Notes: generated from the letters alone by a model not told the origin. DNA of 64,000 bases from Lingula anatina (GCA_051362555.1 CM120646.1:10168001-10232000), one strand, 5' to 3'; counted from the stretch's first letter, positions 27,082 to 38,117 are shown. Numbers and translations: made by a program.

Positions 27082-28139
27082 TACTCGCACCTTCACCTAA
27101 CCCCAGCAGCTGAAGTCGCAAAAATAACGGCACTGTGATGGTGTTTTGAACTATATTTTATTCACGCTGCACTGCAGTAAAATAAACGAACAAAATTGTT
27201 ACAAGAGCAGTTTGTTTGTTAAATAGGATAGTAATATTTTTGTTTCCCATCCACTTATTATCACAGGTCCTTGCTAACATTTAGCCCCGCAAGAATTAAC
27301 CCACTTACCTCAACCACAACACGAATGTCAACTTTAATGAAGATGAATTAGTATCGTTTAATATTCATTTCTTTCTTTCTTTCTTTATTTATTTTGCAGA
27401 AAGTAGACTTGGACAGTAAAAGAATCTGTGAATATTCTACACATAATGCAAATACTTTTATTCTTCCTTCTTCCACGCACATACTGGGGTACCTAGTTGT
27501 ACTAATTTTGAAATGACCCATGCGCTACCTCCAGAATAACGTCAAATGTCATATTTCTTAAACTTGAATCTCTTTTTAAATTGGTTTCTTTTGATAAATT
27601 GTTGTCTTTAAAAATATTTTGCAATCTAGAGTGTCGTATTATACACGCTGAAGGGCTCAGAAAGAGTACTAATTTTGGAAACAGGTTGTATATATTGTCT
27701 TGAAATATTTTGCAAGTTACTTCAGATTTTAGCGCTCTCTTTCGGCGTACTCACTGTTTCACAGCGAGAGAAATCACAGTGCGCAATGATTGACGTTTGC
27801 TTAAATAACCTGCCAATCAAGCTGTTATTACTTGACAGCAACTATCAAAACTAACTGAATTTGATTGGCACCTTGTCAATCAAAGGATGTAGGAAGCTTG
27901 AACTAAACGTGTTCGACGACTAAATAATAATAATAATAAGTTTATTGAGCACTAAATGATGTGAATACATTTGCAGGCTCTCTAGACTACAATATTTACA
28001 TAATATATATATGGGTATACAATTATATATGTTTACATATGTAGTATGTTAAATCATACATGTGTTAATGCAAATTATGCTATAATATTAATTAATTAAG
28101 CTATTCACAGCATTATTGACAATAAGTGGCTGTGATATA

Positions 28140-31100
28140 CTAGATTTCAGGTGAACTATGTATTTTAACAGCAGTCTTTACAAATTCTGCTATTACTTTG
28201 AGACTTTTATGACAGGGTGGATTAAGGAGAATTGACAATATCTGATCACTGTCATCTAGACCCACTACACTGATTTTCAGTAGTTCATCATGCATTCGTT
28301 GCCTCTCAACAGTGTATCTTGTGCATTCTGTGAGGAAATGTTTTTCATCCTCTACACAGTTGCAAGCTTTACATTTTCTCTCATCAAGTGGAGTTTTAGG
28401 GTTTGTGTATCGGCCCCTTTCTATTGCTAGGTCGTGGTCACTTAGTCTAATTTTTGCTAGTGTTTTGATATCTAAGGGTGAGACACTCATTTTGATGTAA
28501 TTTTCACATTCATAAGATTTTTTAATTGTTTTGTATGTCCTTAATTTGTTTGAGGTCGAACTATTTAATTCCTGCCAAAAGAGTTTTTCGATTTTTATGT
28601 TCAATTTTTCTACTAGGTTTTCTATTTGATGTAATTTCTTTGGTGGGTTGTTATCTTCTGAGAAACCCCAACAATTGTGAAAAGATTGGATGGATTCTGT
28701 CCATGTGTTTCCCTTTGTGTCTTGCTCAAGATTGTACACCTGTTTTACAATTCTATTATCTGGTAGTTGTTCCAGTCTAAGACTATATCTTTGGACAAGT
28801 TTAGCTATAGTTGGAAAAATAGGGTACCTGCCGAGTTCGGCTCTAGACATGGTATTGCTAGCCTGCTTTCTTAGACCTAAAATCCATTTGCAAAATTTCA
28901 AGTGTACCTGTTCGAATGGCATTTTATTAATCTTTTTCAGAGACATGTTTTTCTGTTTTAGTATCTCCTGTGACCAGACCTCACTACCATAAAGCAAAAT
29001 TGGTTTGATGAGTTTGTCAAATAAGTTCATGCACAAAAGAGGTTTGGAGATGTTTTGAGAGGCAAGTGCTCCTTTAAGGGAAAACAGGGCTTTTAGGGCC
29101 TTTTTCTTTAAATTTTCAATTGCTTCCTTTAATGAGCCAGTATTGGAGAAAACTATTCCCAAATATGGGTATTGTTTTACTTCTTCTATGGGTTCATCAT
29201 TTATGTAAAATTTTGTTTGATGGTCAAGTTTGCCCTTCTTCCTAAACACCATTATTTTTGTTTTCTTTGTATTAATGTGTAACTTCCACTTTTGACAGTA
29301 CTGTTCTAATTTGTTCAGTAGATTTTGCAGTCCATCCTTTGTTCTTGACAGTAGGACCAGATCATCGGCATAGAGTATGTGATTGATGCCATCTACCTTG
29401 TCTGTGGCTTTGCATGTGTGGAAGGATTCTTTTATGTCGTCTATAAATATATTAAAGAGTGTTGGGCTTAGATTATCCCCTTGGCGGATTCCAATCTTAG
29501 CAAAAAAAGGTTTGGTATAGCTGTTGCCTGTGGAGATTCCTAATTTAGTATTTTTGTACATATGTTTAATCAGATTGTAAAATTTTCCTCCTATTCCAAG
29601 TTTCTGTAATTTGAGTAATAGACCTTTGTGCCATACCGAATCAAATGCCTTTTTAAAATCAATAAAACATGCATAGACCTTCCTATTTTGATTTGTATAT
29701 CTGTTAATAATTGATTTAAGTGTGAAAATGTGATCAGTTGTTCTGTAACTTGGTCTGAACCCACCCTGTTCTTCGCTGAGTTTGCCTTCCTTTTCAATCA
29801 AGTCAGTTAGCCTATTTGCCAGAATAGAATTAAATAACTTACCCAAACAGCTTGTAATGCAAAGACCCCTGTAATTTGAGGGATCCAGACACTCACCAGA
29901 CTTATAGAGTGGTATGACTATGCCTAAATTCCAAGCATCAGGGATCTCACCAGAGTTTAAGACCAGGTTAAAAATTTTAGTCATCGCACCAGTTAGGTAT
30001 GGTCGCCCAGTCTTAAGCATTTCATTTCGTATGCTATCTGCCCCAGGTGCTTTGCCATTTTTTAGCTTTCTGAGTGCTTTTTGGACCTCCAGAATGGTTA
30101 TAGGGTCATCTAGTTTGGGATTCCCAGGGCAATCTTCATATTTTTTCAATTCATCATCAATATCATTGTCACCTGGAGGCGGGATACCACACAGTTGTTG
30201 GAAGTGATTGTGCCATACATCAGGGGCAATAAGGTTGTTCTGATCCTCTTCTTTTTTAAGTTTTTTGATAATTTGCCAAAATTCTTTGGGGTTCTTTTCT
30301 TCAATGTTCAAAAGCTTTTCAAGGAGGTTGTCTTTATGTTCTTGTTTTTTCTTTTTCAGAAGTTGTTTGTACTTTTTGCAAGCTTGATGATAAGTGTGAG
30401 AGATAAAGTGATTATTCGGGTTTTTGTGGAGTAGTCTCCCAAGGTGTTTAACATTCCGTTTTACTTCGATGCATTGATTGTCAAACCAGGGCTGTTTTTT
30501 ATTCCCTTTTCTTGGATTACTATTTTTCTTTGACATTCTTTTTGTACGCAGTGATGCACTAGCCGCGCCATCTAGGATTTTATTAAAAGACTGACATGCC
30601 TTATTTACTCCCTCTTTAGTAGTTGGGAAGGTGGTAGTTTGAAATTCACATATGGCTTCTATGTTTTTTTCACTTTCCAGTTCACTAAGAAATTTATCTG
30701 CAGAGTCATTGCCCCAGATGTACTGATCTTTGAATTTTTGAAGCGGAATAATTTTTGGTGACTCCTTGAAACCCTTACTTGCAATTGTGAGATCTAGAAG
30801 ACAGTGATCTGAGATATAGTCAATTGGGTGAACAGTGAAATACTTTACACTATCAACTAACTTATCACTCAAAACTGCATAATCCACTGCACTACAGCCA
30901 TTTTGATTGTAACATGTGTAGTACCCTAATGAATTTCCTAACACTCTTCCATTCAGTATTCTCAAATTGCTGCTAATGCATAATTCTACAAGGGTTCTTC
31001 CCTGAGAGTTTATGATACTGTCTAAGTTGTTCCGAGCAGGAGTGAGCATATCTGTGGGGTGGCTACCAGGCACTGGGATACCGTGTGTGTTATCATTTTT

Positions 31101-31583
31101 GATATAATCTGGGAGTGTACCAGTTCTAGCGTTAAAATCACCCATGAGGCATATCATGCCATCTGATTGATACTGAGCTATTTCCTCTTCAAGGATGTCA
31201 AAGGTAGCTTCATCAAATCTCCCATTCTTTGGCTTAATATATACTGCACACACGAATAAGTCTTTTTGGAGACCGAAACACTGTCCTGGTAGCCTTATCC
31301 ATAAGGTATTCTCACTTTTGCTAGACATTACATGAAGAGCACCACTAAATTGTTTTCTGTAATATATGACTATACCGCCGGATGGGCGTCCTTTTGTTTT
31401 CTTTTTTGTTTTTATTTTGTAGAAGTGGCCATGTGTTCCACTAGGTAGGACCATTTTTGATCTCAGGGTGCTAAAAGTTTCTACACATATGAATATATCA
31501 AAATTTTCGACCATCTCAACAAAGTTTTCATCAGTAAGTTTCTTTGCTAATCCTCTAATATTTCTCATACCGATGCGTAACAT
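28140..31583 (-). CDS. LINE ORF2p: APE endonuclease + reverse transcriptase + C-terminal Cys/His knuckle (1147 aa)
   Basis: EN motifs NIRGL, VET, GDFNAR, VDY, SDH; RT motifs GFRP, FIDFKKAFD, GIRQGDNLSPTLF, YADD, YLG; C-terminal HDLAIERGRY...CKAC..EDEKHFLTEC. Confidence 0.97.
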   Translation of the reverse strand: MLRIGMRNIRGLAKKLTDENFVEMVENFDIFICVETFSTLRSKMVLPSGTHGHFYKIKTKKKTKGRPSGGIVIYYRKQFSGALHVMSSKSENTLWIRLPGQCFGLQKDLFVCAVYIKPKNGRFDEATFDILEEEIAQYQSDGMICLMGDFNARTGTLPDYIKNDNTHGIPVPGSHPTDMLTPARNNLDSIINSQGRTLVELCISSNLRILNGRVLGNSLGYYTCYNQNGCSAVDYAVLSDKLVDSVKYFTVHPIDYISDHCLLDLTIASKGFKESPKIIPLQKFKDQYIWGNDSADKFLSELESEKNIEAICEFQTTTFPTTKEGVNKACQSFNKILDGAASASLRTKRMSKKNSNPRKGNKKQPWFDNQCIEVKRNVKHLGRLLHKNPNNHFISHTYHQACKKYKQLLKKKKQEHKDNLLEKLLNIEEKNPKEFWQIIKKLKKEEDQNNLIAPDVWHNHFQQLCGIPPPGDNDIDDELKKYEDCPGNPKLDDPITILEVQKALRKLKNGKAPGADSIRNEMLKTGRPYLTGAMTKIFNLVLNSGEIPDAWNLGIVIPLYKSGECLDPSNYRGLCITSCLGKLFNSILANRLTDLIEKEGKLSEEQGGFRPSYRTTDHIFTLKSIINRYTNQNRKVYACFIDFKKAFDSVWHKGLLLKLQKLGIGGKFYNLIKHMYKNTKLGISTGNSYTKPFFAKIGIRQGDNLSPTLFNIFIDDIKESFHTCKATDKVDGINHILYADDLVLLSRTKDGLQNLLNKLEQYCQKWKLHINTKKTKIMVFRKKGKLDHQTKFYINDEPIEEVKQYPYLGIVFSNTGSLKEAIENLKKKALKALFSLKGALASQNISKPLLCMNLFDKLIKPILLYGSEVWSQEILKQKNMSLKKINKMPFEQVHLKFCKWILGLRKQASNTMSRAELGRYPIFPTIAKLVQRYSLRLEQLPDNRIVKQVYNLEQDTKGNTWTESIQSFHNCWGFSEDNNPPKKLHQIENLVEKLNIKIEKLFWQELNSSTSNKLRTYKTIKKSYECENYIKMSVSPLDIKTLAKIRLSDHDLAIERGRYTNPKTPLDERKCKACNCVEDEKHFLTECTRYTVERQRMHDELLKISVVGLDDSDQILSILLNPPCHKSLKVIAEFVKTAVKIHSSPEI

Positions 31584-32138
31584 GTTTCTCTGTAATTATT
31601 GATATCTCTTTAAAAAACATACAAAAAGACCTATCCACACTACTTCAATGAACTTACTCAGTGTTATACTAGTAATTAATCAGGGAGAAAATCTTCTTTT
31701 TCTTTTTGTTGATATTCACTTACTAGTAGTAGTTTTCAGTATTTACTTAAAGCATTTAGTTGGTCACTTAAAGCTTTCAATTTAAAAAAAAAAAAAAAAA
31801 AAAAAGTTCAGCTTCATCTTAATTAAAATCAATACATCCTCATCTGACTTATGGATTATATGTAGTGATTTTTACAGACACTTTCCTTATATTATTTTCA
31901 GTAGGAAAGTAATTAGTAAACATAACCATTGTGTGTATATTTAGAATATAAGTAGTAAGCTATAGTGAGAATGTTTGCAATAACTTATAACTCTTTCATT
32001 TTATAGGTTGTGACTATTAGTCTTTCTTTCAAAGTAATGAATACTAATAATGACTATTACTTACATATGGCATCCACTGGATATTTGTAGTTCTTTACTG
32101 TACTTGTGAGTGATCATATAACTAGCTTTGGAAAAGAA

Positions 32139-34382
32139 TTACCTTAGCTTATGCTCTAGTTTGATTAAGCAGTCTCTCAGCATTTTAAGTTCGTTACCAA
32201 TATTGCTATCCTTCTGTGGCACTGGCTGTGGCTGATGAATGTCATTGTTACGCCGATGTTGGTGTACATGATGGGCAGGAAAGGTACGGCGAGGTGTGTG
32301 TCTGGCAGCTTGTTTGATGTTGCGAGCAAGCGATATTGTCCCTTTAAAGTTCAGGTGAATTCCATCATGGCTAAATAGCCACCGCTTGTCAGTGATGTCA
32401 GTGTTCTGGATGTAGGTAACATTTTCCAATGATTGACAATATCTTTGGGTGAGAGTGTTTGTTTCCTGAGCTTTTTTGTTGAATGACCAGTTACCCCACC
32501 GAGGTAGTATGTTGCTGACTATAATTTCAGTGTCAGGATATTTCTGCTTAACACTTGTAATCAAGCTCTTCAATTCGTCACAAGTTTCACGTGGTTGTTG
32601 TTTTTGGATGTTGTTTGATCCAATTATAAGAGAAATGGTTTTTGGACTGCCCCAGTTGCTCTCCTCGATCACTGCCTTTGCATCTGATATTTGTCCACCA
32701 CTCAAAGCAAAACAATGGCTATTGGTCCCAGGGAAAATTTTGTTAGCATTGAGTCCCTTTCCAATTGAGCTAGATACTATTGCATTATCAAGGGGTCCTG
32801 TGTTGATTTTAATATTCCATCTTGTATGTCCAGGGCCTTTTTCAGTGTTCAAAGGGTGTTGGATACTAGTGCCATCACTGTTTGTGGGGGTTGTGGTGAT
32901 TTGAGGTTGTACATCCAAAGTCTCAGTTACTTTACCCTTGGGTGGGAAAGATTTGTTTTGTGCAGCTCCACTAGAGGGTATGGTGTTAGTAGAGGATGGT
33001 AGGGGATCCTCTTCTCCCACCTGTATCGTGGACACAGGTGAACATGTCATGTTGCTGGTCTCTACGTGATTTAGTTTGATGCTGGTTAGCACAGGTAGAG
33101 GGGTGGGCTTCATCAATAGGTTACCTGTAGTTTCTGATATCTGTGACTCCTTGTTACCTGGTCCATTGTTTGGGAGAGGCATCTCTGCAGGTGCTTGTGG
33201 CGAGGTGCAATTATCTGTCACATCTATGATGCATTGTACTCCACAGTTTGTTGTTGGTGATTGGGGAGGAGGTATATCACACTGAGTTCCAGTATCTGAT
33301 GTTGCAGTGATGGTGGGAATAAAGGCACATTGGGTCCCTTCATTCACACTTGTTGTTTGTTTTGCAGTAAGCTGGCAGCCAAGCTTCCCCACTTGATCTG
33401 ATAATGTTGTTAATTGGGCTGTTAAGCGGGTCAGGGTGTCTTTCAAGTCTTTGTATTGCTCTGCATTGACTGTAGTTAGCCCAGTAAGCTGCTCCTCTAT
33501 GGCTTGTAACTTTTCATTGCTATTCTTTGTATCCTGTCTCTCTTTATCTGCAGTTTTAAGCATTAATACTGAGTACTGGTTTTCAATTGTTTGAAGAGTT
33601 TCTTGTATTTTGCAAATTTCTCTCTCTGATTTCATGTTTTTGGGACTAGAATAAAGTTTGCCTGTTTTGAATCCTTTGGGAGTTGAGGAATGGCGAGGCT
33701 TTGTTGGTTTTTTAAGCTCAGTTTGACTGTTATCTAGTATTGCTGTATCAAATTCTTCTGCTGATTTACTGGTAATTTCTGTGATTTCAGTTTGCACTAC
33801 TGTCTGGCTGGCTGCCACTGCTGGCTGGATCTTTTTGGGTGTTGATATGAGCATTGCAATTTTTGGATAGTCATTTGCGAGCCAAAGCATATAAGCTGCT
33901 CCTTGGATATGTATTTTCTTGGATTTGGCTGTACTGTAGAAGGTTAGAGAAACATGTCCTAGTTTAGATCCCATAGAGCCGATATAGGGAAATTTGAGTT
34001 GTGAGCCTGATCCTGAATTGACAACATCTTCCGTGGCTTGTTTGTGGTATGATTTGCAAGCTTCAAACCACTTTTTCACTAAGGGCACAGTACTGATTCC
34101 AACTATGGCACATTGGGCATTGTGGGTTGTGGAGACAATATTAGGACCATAGTACTCGTCTTGATAGTCATAATCTGATTCAATCCTATTTTCCTGGTCA
34201 TATACTAGTCTGGATTTTGGATTAATCAGTTTGTGGTAAGCTTCACTATATTCTTGTAGTAAGATTTGAGTATTTCCATTGAACTCATTCAGGTTACTTG
34301 CCTTTGAGGTGAATGCATCCCTTATCTCTTCAGCAGTAGCATTAGGCTTCACTCCTAGCTTAGTGTAGTGATTGTCCTCCAT
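32139..34382 (-). CDS. LINE ORF1p (747 aa from the first ATG): J-like domain, TBP-like module, coiled coil, P/T-rich linker, SGNH esterase
   Basis: First ATG at 34382 in good Kozak context (aaagATGG). N-terminal HYTKLGV...EEIRDAF...EAYHKL...YDQ; heptad region KIQETLQ...LGCQL; SGNH blocks VSSSI / SGG / GSNN / DGIH. Confidence 0.9.
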   Translation of the reverse strand: MEDNHYTKLGVKPNATAEEIRDAFTSKASNLNEFNGNTQILLQEYSEAYHKLINPKSRLVYDQENRIESDYDYQDEYYGPNIVSTTHNAQCAIVGISTVPLVKKWFEACKSYHKQATEDVVNSGSGSQLKFPYIGSMGSKLGHVSLTFYSTAKSKKIHIQGAAYMLWLANDYPKIAMLISTPKKIQPAVAASQTVVQTEITEITSKSAEEFDTAILDNSQTELKKPTKPRHSSTPKGFKTGKLYSSPKNMKSEREICKIQETLQTIENQYSVLMLKTADKERQDTKNSNEKLQAIEEQLTGLTTVNAEQYKDLKDTLTRLTAQLTTLSDQVGKLGCQLTAKQTTSVNEGTQCAFIPTITATSDTGTQCDIPPPQSPTTNCGVQCIIDVTDNCTSPQAPAEMPLPNNGPGNKESQISETTGNLLMKPTPLPVLTSIKLNHVETSNMTCSPVSTIQVGEEDPLPSSTNTIPSSGAAQNKSFPPKGKVTETLDVQPQITTTPTNSDGTSIQHPLNTEKGPGHTRWNIKINTGPLDNAIVSSSIGKGLNANKIFPGTNSHCFALSGGQISDAKAVIEESNWGSPKTISLIIGSNNIQKQQPRETCDELKSLITSVKQKYPDTEIIVSNILPRWGNWSFNKKAQETNTLTQRYCQSLENVTYIQNTDITDKRWLFSHDGIHLNFKGTISLARNIKQAARHTPRRTFPAHHVHQHRRNNDIHQPQPVPQKDSNIGNELKMLRDCLIKLEHKLR

Positions 34383-34641
34383 CTTTGTTGAGACTGTCTG
34401 TTTGCTCCTTGAAAGTCTTTTCCAGAATTTAGTCTTTTCACATAAGCTTTGCCTTAAATGTTTGATCCAGTGGTATGCCTTTGAATTTAAAAACAATCTT
34501 CACCTTGATTCAGTTGCATATTAGTAGCTGGTATAGGTATTTTGGTATAACTTTTAGAGAGCTCTTTGCATCCTCTCAGATCAGTCGGCCATCTTGAAAT
34601 TTATCCAGTGTGATAAAGTGATCCAGTGTGTAATGAGTGTA

Positions 34642-34880
34642 ATTGACGTTTGTTTATATAAACTGCCAATCAAGCTGTTATTACTTGACAGCAACTATAA
34701 AAACTAATGAATTTGATTGGCATCTTGTCAATCAAAGGATATTGGAGTTTTACATGTTCGGAGAGAAAAGTGTAGCAACTGTGTTTGACGTTTGTTTAAA
34801 AAACTGTCATTCATAGTCGTGCGCGCTGGACAGCTTCCATCAAAGGTGAATTAGCCTGTTTGAATTTGATTCATACCTGT
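34642..34880. repeat. ~145-bp tandem unit with inverted CCAAT boxes; a further copy at 27789-27888 lies on the other side of the LINE
   Basis: ATTGACGTTTG...GCCAATCAAGCTGTTATTACTTGACAGCAAC...TTGATTGGC...CAAAGGAT at 27789-27888 and 34642-34740, and a diverged copy from ~34785. Confidence 0.8.
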
Positions 34881-37120
34881 CTATAACAATACATGTCGTA
34901 ACATTCTGGAGGTAGGGGGTAGTTTATTTTCTTTTTTTGCAGCGCGTTAAAAAACGTCGGGTTCTTTATTTCAACTGAGTGACTGTAATTTAACAACGTG
35001 AAAGATTTTTTCACAGGCGTTTTTAATTGTAATAAAATCAGTTGTCATTCTTTTTCTGGATATGATGTTAAAATGACTATACATGAATTAACGTTGTTGT
35101 CGATGTTTGTAGCTCCATAATCCTTTCTTTGATGCTCTTACGATATCGGAACTTCGTATACGAACTGAACATATTACTTTAATCGTGCTCATGTTCTTTT
35201 ACACCCAATGAATGTTTTTGGATCATTTTTTAAAAAACAAATGGTATAAAAAGTGAAACCTTGTCATTTTTTCATGAGCTTCGGAGAGAAAAAATGCCGA
35301 GATAATGATGTTAGTGGCCAGGTAAAATGAAAAAGTACTGGTTTTGTTCGTTCTTATCAAGGGCCGGGGCAATAAGTAGCCCGTCGCTGTATATTGACAG
35401 GAGCCTGCATGAAAACTGTTGTTTTAAAATAAACTACACAATTAAAACTGCCAAATTAAAATTAAAAACAATTTTATGCAATGCGTTAACAGTCTTTCGA
35501 GCTTTAATCTGCTACATATTGTTAGTACTTCATAAGTATAAAAAAACTCCAGATTTTAATAACGTGTGAAAATTAATAAACTAATAGTGGGATAAGTCGG
35601 GCTGGTTTAATCAAAGACTTGAAATTCTTGGTTTAATTTATTGAAGTAGTTCGTTCAATATTTTATACTATATTTCATCAGATTGGTAAAAATTATCTTT
35701 TCATTATATATAAAATGGATGCTACGCCGTATAAGAATTAATATTTGAGCGAATATTTACTTGAAAACATACTTTTTTTCTAATTTATTTTATTCTATTT
35801 TTAAGTAAAAATACTTTTTTATCTAAGTTATTTTATTCTATTTTAAGTGAAAAAAAATTAGTTCATTATTAACAACAGCATCTTTGCTTTGCCTCATCTA
35901 GCACATTCTATGGATTTTTTGTCCGATTTTTTGCCCGAAGGCGCATATTATAATATAATAGATTTCCTGGCATGCTTTTTGCAGTTAATATTCTACGTGC
36001 AGCATATAATGTTTCATACCGCAAATGACACGAAAAATGAAGCTTTTTTTCTCTCGTTAATTTTTTTTCAACTAATCTATCATAGATAAACATCTTTAAC
36101 TTGTTTCTATAACCCAGATTATGTAAACATCTTCCGTAGTTTTGACCCCAGGTCGAGAAAAAGTCGGTTTGTCAGCAGATAAGTCAAAGGGGTTCAAAGA
36201 AAGGAACCGGGGGCGGTAGGCGAGTCTTGATATTCATCTCTTTCAGTACGTAAACAAAAGAAGTGCACTCAAAAAATGTGTGCGGCAACTTCATATCTTG
36301 GCCTCTTTTGTCTCAAATTTACCCTTAGAATACCCACAGATACTGAGCTTACCTAATTATTTTTTAAGCCCCGATTTAAGGGTCATTCACAAGTAAACTC
36401 AGTACCGAAATGCCGTGTAGTTCCATTCTTATGGTTCTAACTCTCTCTCTCTCTCTTCATTTATTTTAATCTACTTTAATCTCTATATACGTAAGAATGA
36501 CTCAGAATTTACTCGATGGGGAATCAGATATTGATACAGGGTTGATATAAAGAGTCATTCCATTTTCTATTGAACTGGGTCTTTAAATGGTAGACAGGAA
36601 CGCGTCTTCTCGAGAATGGGGCAATTTTAGTAGAGAGCATACTATATAGAGACTAGCCCCGCCTAGGTTTGTTTTAATTAAAATTTTATTCACACAAGGC
36701 AGTCTACATGTATCTTCCATTTTGAAGACCAATATTTGGTTTACATGACGAAAGGAGAGCATCAATGGCTTATTTCAAAATATATTGGGGGAAGGCCCCC
36801 TCCTCACACACTTAGGCTGCCCAAGGCAGTCGCAGCGCGGGATATAAAAGAATGATAATATTTTGTATGATTCCTTTGCTGTATGCCTAAAGAAAAAAAG
36901 AAAGAAGTTTTAAAAAGACCCCTGCCTACCTTTTCCATGTCAACAGAGGAAGGGGCGGGCTGGTTCTTTTTTTTTTTTGTGGGAGGGCAAACGGGTCGAA
37001 AGTTAACACTTTTTAAACCTTTTCTACCGTGCGTAAGAACAATCAGTACAACGTATGAATTTTGTGCTAGCCGTCACAAAGAGGCCGAGACCGCAGCACA
37101 GACAAAACACTGCAGCCTAA

Positions 37121-38117
37121 AGGCCCCTTTACACTGGACGGCGTCCTTTCTACCATCAAAAATGTGGTCAGGACGCTCAACGGTCGCCAAAGCAATTAAA
37201 GCGTGCCTCAGTGCAAAGGCGTCTGCGTCCTTTGAACGACCGAATCTTGATTTTACCTGTAAAACTGCGAGCGACCCGTGCATCCACTGATCGACCTGTC
37301 TGCCTCTCCTGTGCGTCCCCTGTGCAACCCACGGTGTCCATTGCGATGTTTGAGCGACCGTTGAGCGTCCTTGCTGCGTTCTCTGTACCTTCATCGGCGA
37401 TCAGTGGCGTCCATTCTACGATCATTCTGCATACTGCTTGACCGATGGGCGTTGTTTGTGCGTCCTTCTATATATTCTAACTCCATTTTTTCATCGGTTC
37501 TGACCAGGTCATCCAATTAAGAACATTTCCAGAAAACAAAACAAATAAATGGGAATAAACGCTTTAAACTACAGTGATTCAAGGTCTGCATGGACTGATA
37601 ATCAGCCAGATGCTCATTGTTATCCTTATAAGAAGGAAGGACAGGCACCGAAAACATGAAAGTATGACTGACACAACATAGAATGTTTGAATCCGTTTTC
37701 AGATGACACATTCACTGCATCTTGTAAAAAAGGCAAAATATTCGTTAAATATAATAACCTCCAAAAATGGATGGGTTCATGAATTTTAGGTGCTGAACAC
37801 TGGACGATCTTTGAGTTCTGCAACCAAAGCGATGCTTGTGCCTCCTTTCTACGACCGCGGCGATGCTTGTGCGTCCTCTCTGCGTCCATTGAGCGACCTT
37901 GCAGCGTCCATCGTCCATCCTCCATCGCGTTCTCTCTGCGATTGTTTTGAACATGCTCAAAACTTCGCGGCGTCCATGGCGTCCTCGGCGATGCTTGAAC
38001 GTTCTTTGTGCGATCTTAGCGATCACCGTGCGTTCTTTGAGCGTCCGACGGCGTCCTGGCCAGTTTCATGGTCGCACAAAGGACGCAGATAGGACGCCGT
38101 CCAGTGTAAAGGGGGTT
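37121..38117. mobile_element. Non-autonomous PIF/Harbinger element (997 bp)
   Basis: ~27-bp TIR (CCCCTTTACACTGGACGGCGTCCT and its reverse complement); TAA TSD at 37118-20 and 38118-20; GC-rich subterminal TGCGTCC repeats explain the cluster of spurious ORFs. Confidence 0.88.

Larger units (their letters stand above)
27921..34600 (-). mobile_element. Full-length two-ORF non-LTR retrotransposon (RTEX-like LINE)
   Basis: Two uninterrupted ORFs, a ~200-nt 5' UTR starting near a CAAGATGGCCGA motif, and a 3' UTR ending in AATAAA (27946-27941) plus a (TTA)n tail (27939-27921). No clear TSD. Confidence 0.93.

Noticed and set aside
31584-32142. Splice fusion of LINE ORF1 to ORF2 via the AG|GTAATT donor overlapping the ORF1 stop
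   Set aside because: The best acceptor (ttacag|) puts ORF2 out of frame; only an atypical GAG acceptor would be in frame.
28312-33285. Plus-strand ORFs inside the LINE
   Set aside because: Antisense shadows of ORF1 and ORF2.
34383-34496. 38-aa N-terminal extension of ORF1 in the ORF track
   Set aside because: It relies on a TTG start; the first ATG (34382) has good Kozak context and coincides with the start of the J-like domain.
27789-34740. LTRs or a 100-bp TSD around the retroelement
   Set aside because: The repeats are offset from the element ends, lack TG...CA, and have a third copy; the element is an APE-RT LINE.
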